Part shown: positions 63,567 to 64,000 of the stretch, in pieces | How the letters are laid out: each line of letters starts with the position of its first letter | How positions within the stretch are numbered: the stretch's first letter is position 1 | From: Camelus ferus | Taxonomy: Eukaryota | Assembly: GCF_009834535.1 (NCBI RefSeq) | Contig: NC_045697.1 | Span: 93,746,001-93,810,000, forward strand | Length of the DNA: 64,000 nucleotides | Direction of reading: 5' to 3' | Translations under genes and position numbers: made by a program | The notes under the pieces: model-generated | Told to the model about the DNA's origin: nothing | Database searches by the model: none | The model's input: only the letters and a program-made list of their open reading frames with translations

Positions 63567-64000
63567 TATATCCATCAGGATTCTCCAGAAAAACACAATC
63601 AATAGGCTACATGTACATATATTGAGTTATTTTCAAATACATTATTTTAAGAATTGGCTCATCTGATTGTGGGGCTGGCAAATCTGAAACTCATAGGATA
63701 AGTCAGAAGGATGGAAAGTCAGACAAGGGCTGATATTGTAGTTGTGAGTCTGCAATCTGTAGATTGGGCAGGAAGGTTGGAAAATCAGGCAAGAATTCTA
63801 TAGCACAGTTGTAAGACAGAATTCCTTCTTAGAGAAACCTTAGTTTTTGTGCTTAAGTCCTTCAGCTGATTGGATGGGGCTCACCTACATTATCAAGGAT
63901 GCTCTCTTTTCTTTAAAGTAAACTGGTTGCAGATGTTAATTCCATCTGTAAAATATCATCACATCTAGTGTTTAGCCAAACACAACCAGGCACCATAACC
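63567..64000 (-). mobile_element. ERVL LTR (MLT2-like), running off the window end
   Basis: CAGGATTCTCCAGAAAAACACAATCAATAGG...AAGAATTGGCTCATCTGATTGTGGGGCTGGCAAATCTGAAA...CCTTCAGCTGATTGGATGGGGCTCACC. Confidence 0.85.

Noticed and set aside
1..64000. CRISPR arrays, operons, rRNA/tRNA or other prokaryote-type systems
   Set aside because: The sequence is mammalian repeat-rich DNA; no regularly spaced repeats, long ORFs or structural RNA genes were seen

Overview
AT-rich, CpG-depleted eutherian genomic DNA that looks intronic or intergenic. I cannot support any protein-coding gene, RNA gene or CRISPR-type system here. The only ORF-track entries with recognisable homology are transposon relics: LINE-1 ORF1/ORF2 pieces and one hAT transposase piece. 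The rest look like chance ORFs. Much of the window is a mammalian repeat mosaic of old L1M, L2, MIR, MaLR (MLT1) and ERVL (MLT2) LTRs and a MER2 Tigger element. There is one young 5'-truncated L1 at 19.36-20.42 kb whose 3' UTR I recall as camelid-like; I saw no Alu, B1/B2, Bov or PRE SINEs, so a camelid source is my inference. The most informative signal largely missed by the ORF track is a heavily decayed Charlie/Buster-type hAT transposase gene on the minus strand at about 41.1-42.6 kb, readable across stops and frameshifts. Other points of interest are a filler-containing L1 5' junction, a possibly inverted old L1, two back-to-back 11-bp hairpins, two local CpG hotspots, CTCF-, RFX- and homeobox-like motifs, and several unproven exon-like segments. 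Old-repeat boundaries and subfamily names were recognised by eye and are approximate. I found no convincing evidence of a previously undescribed biological system.
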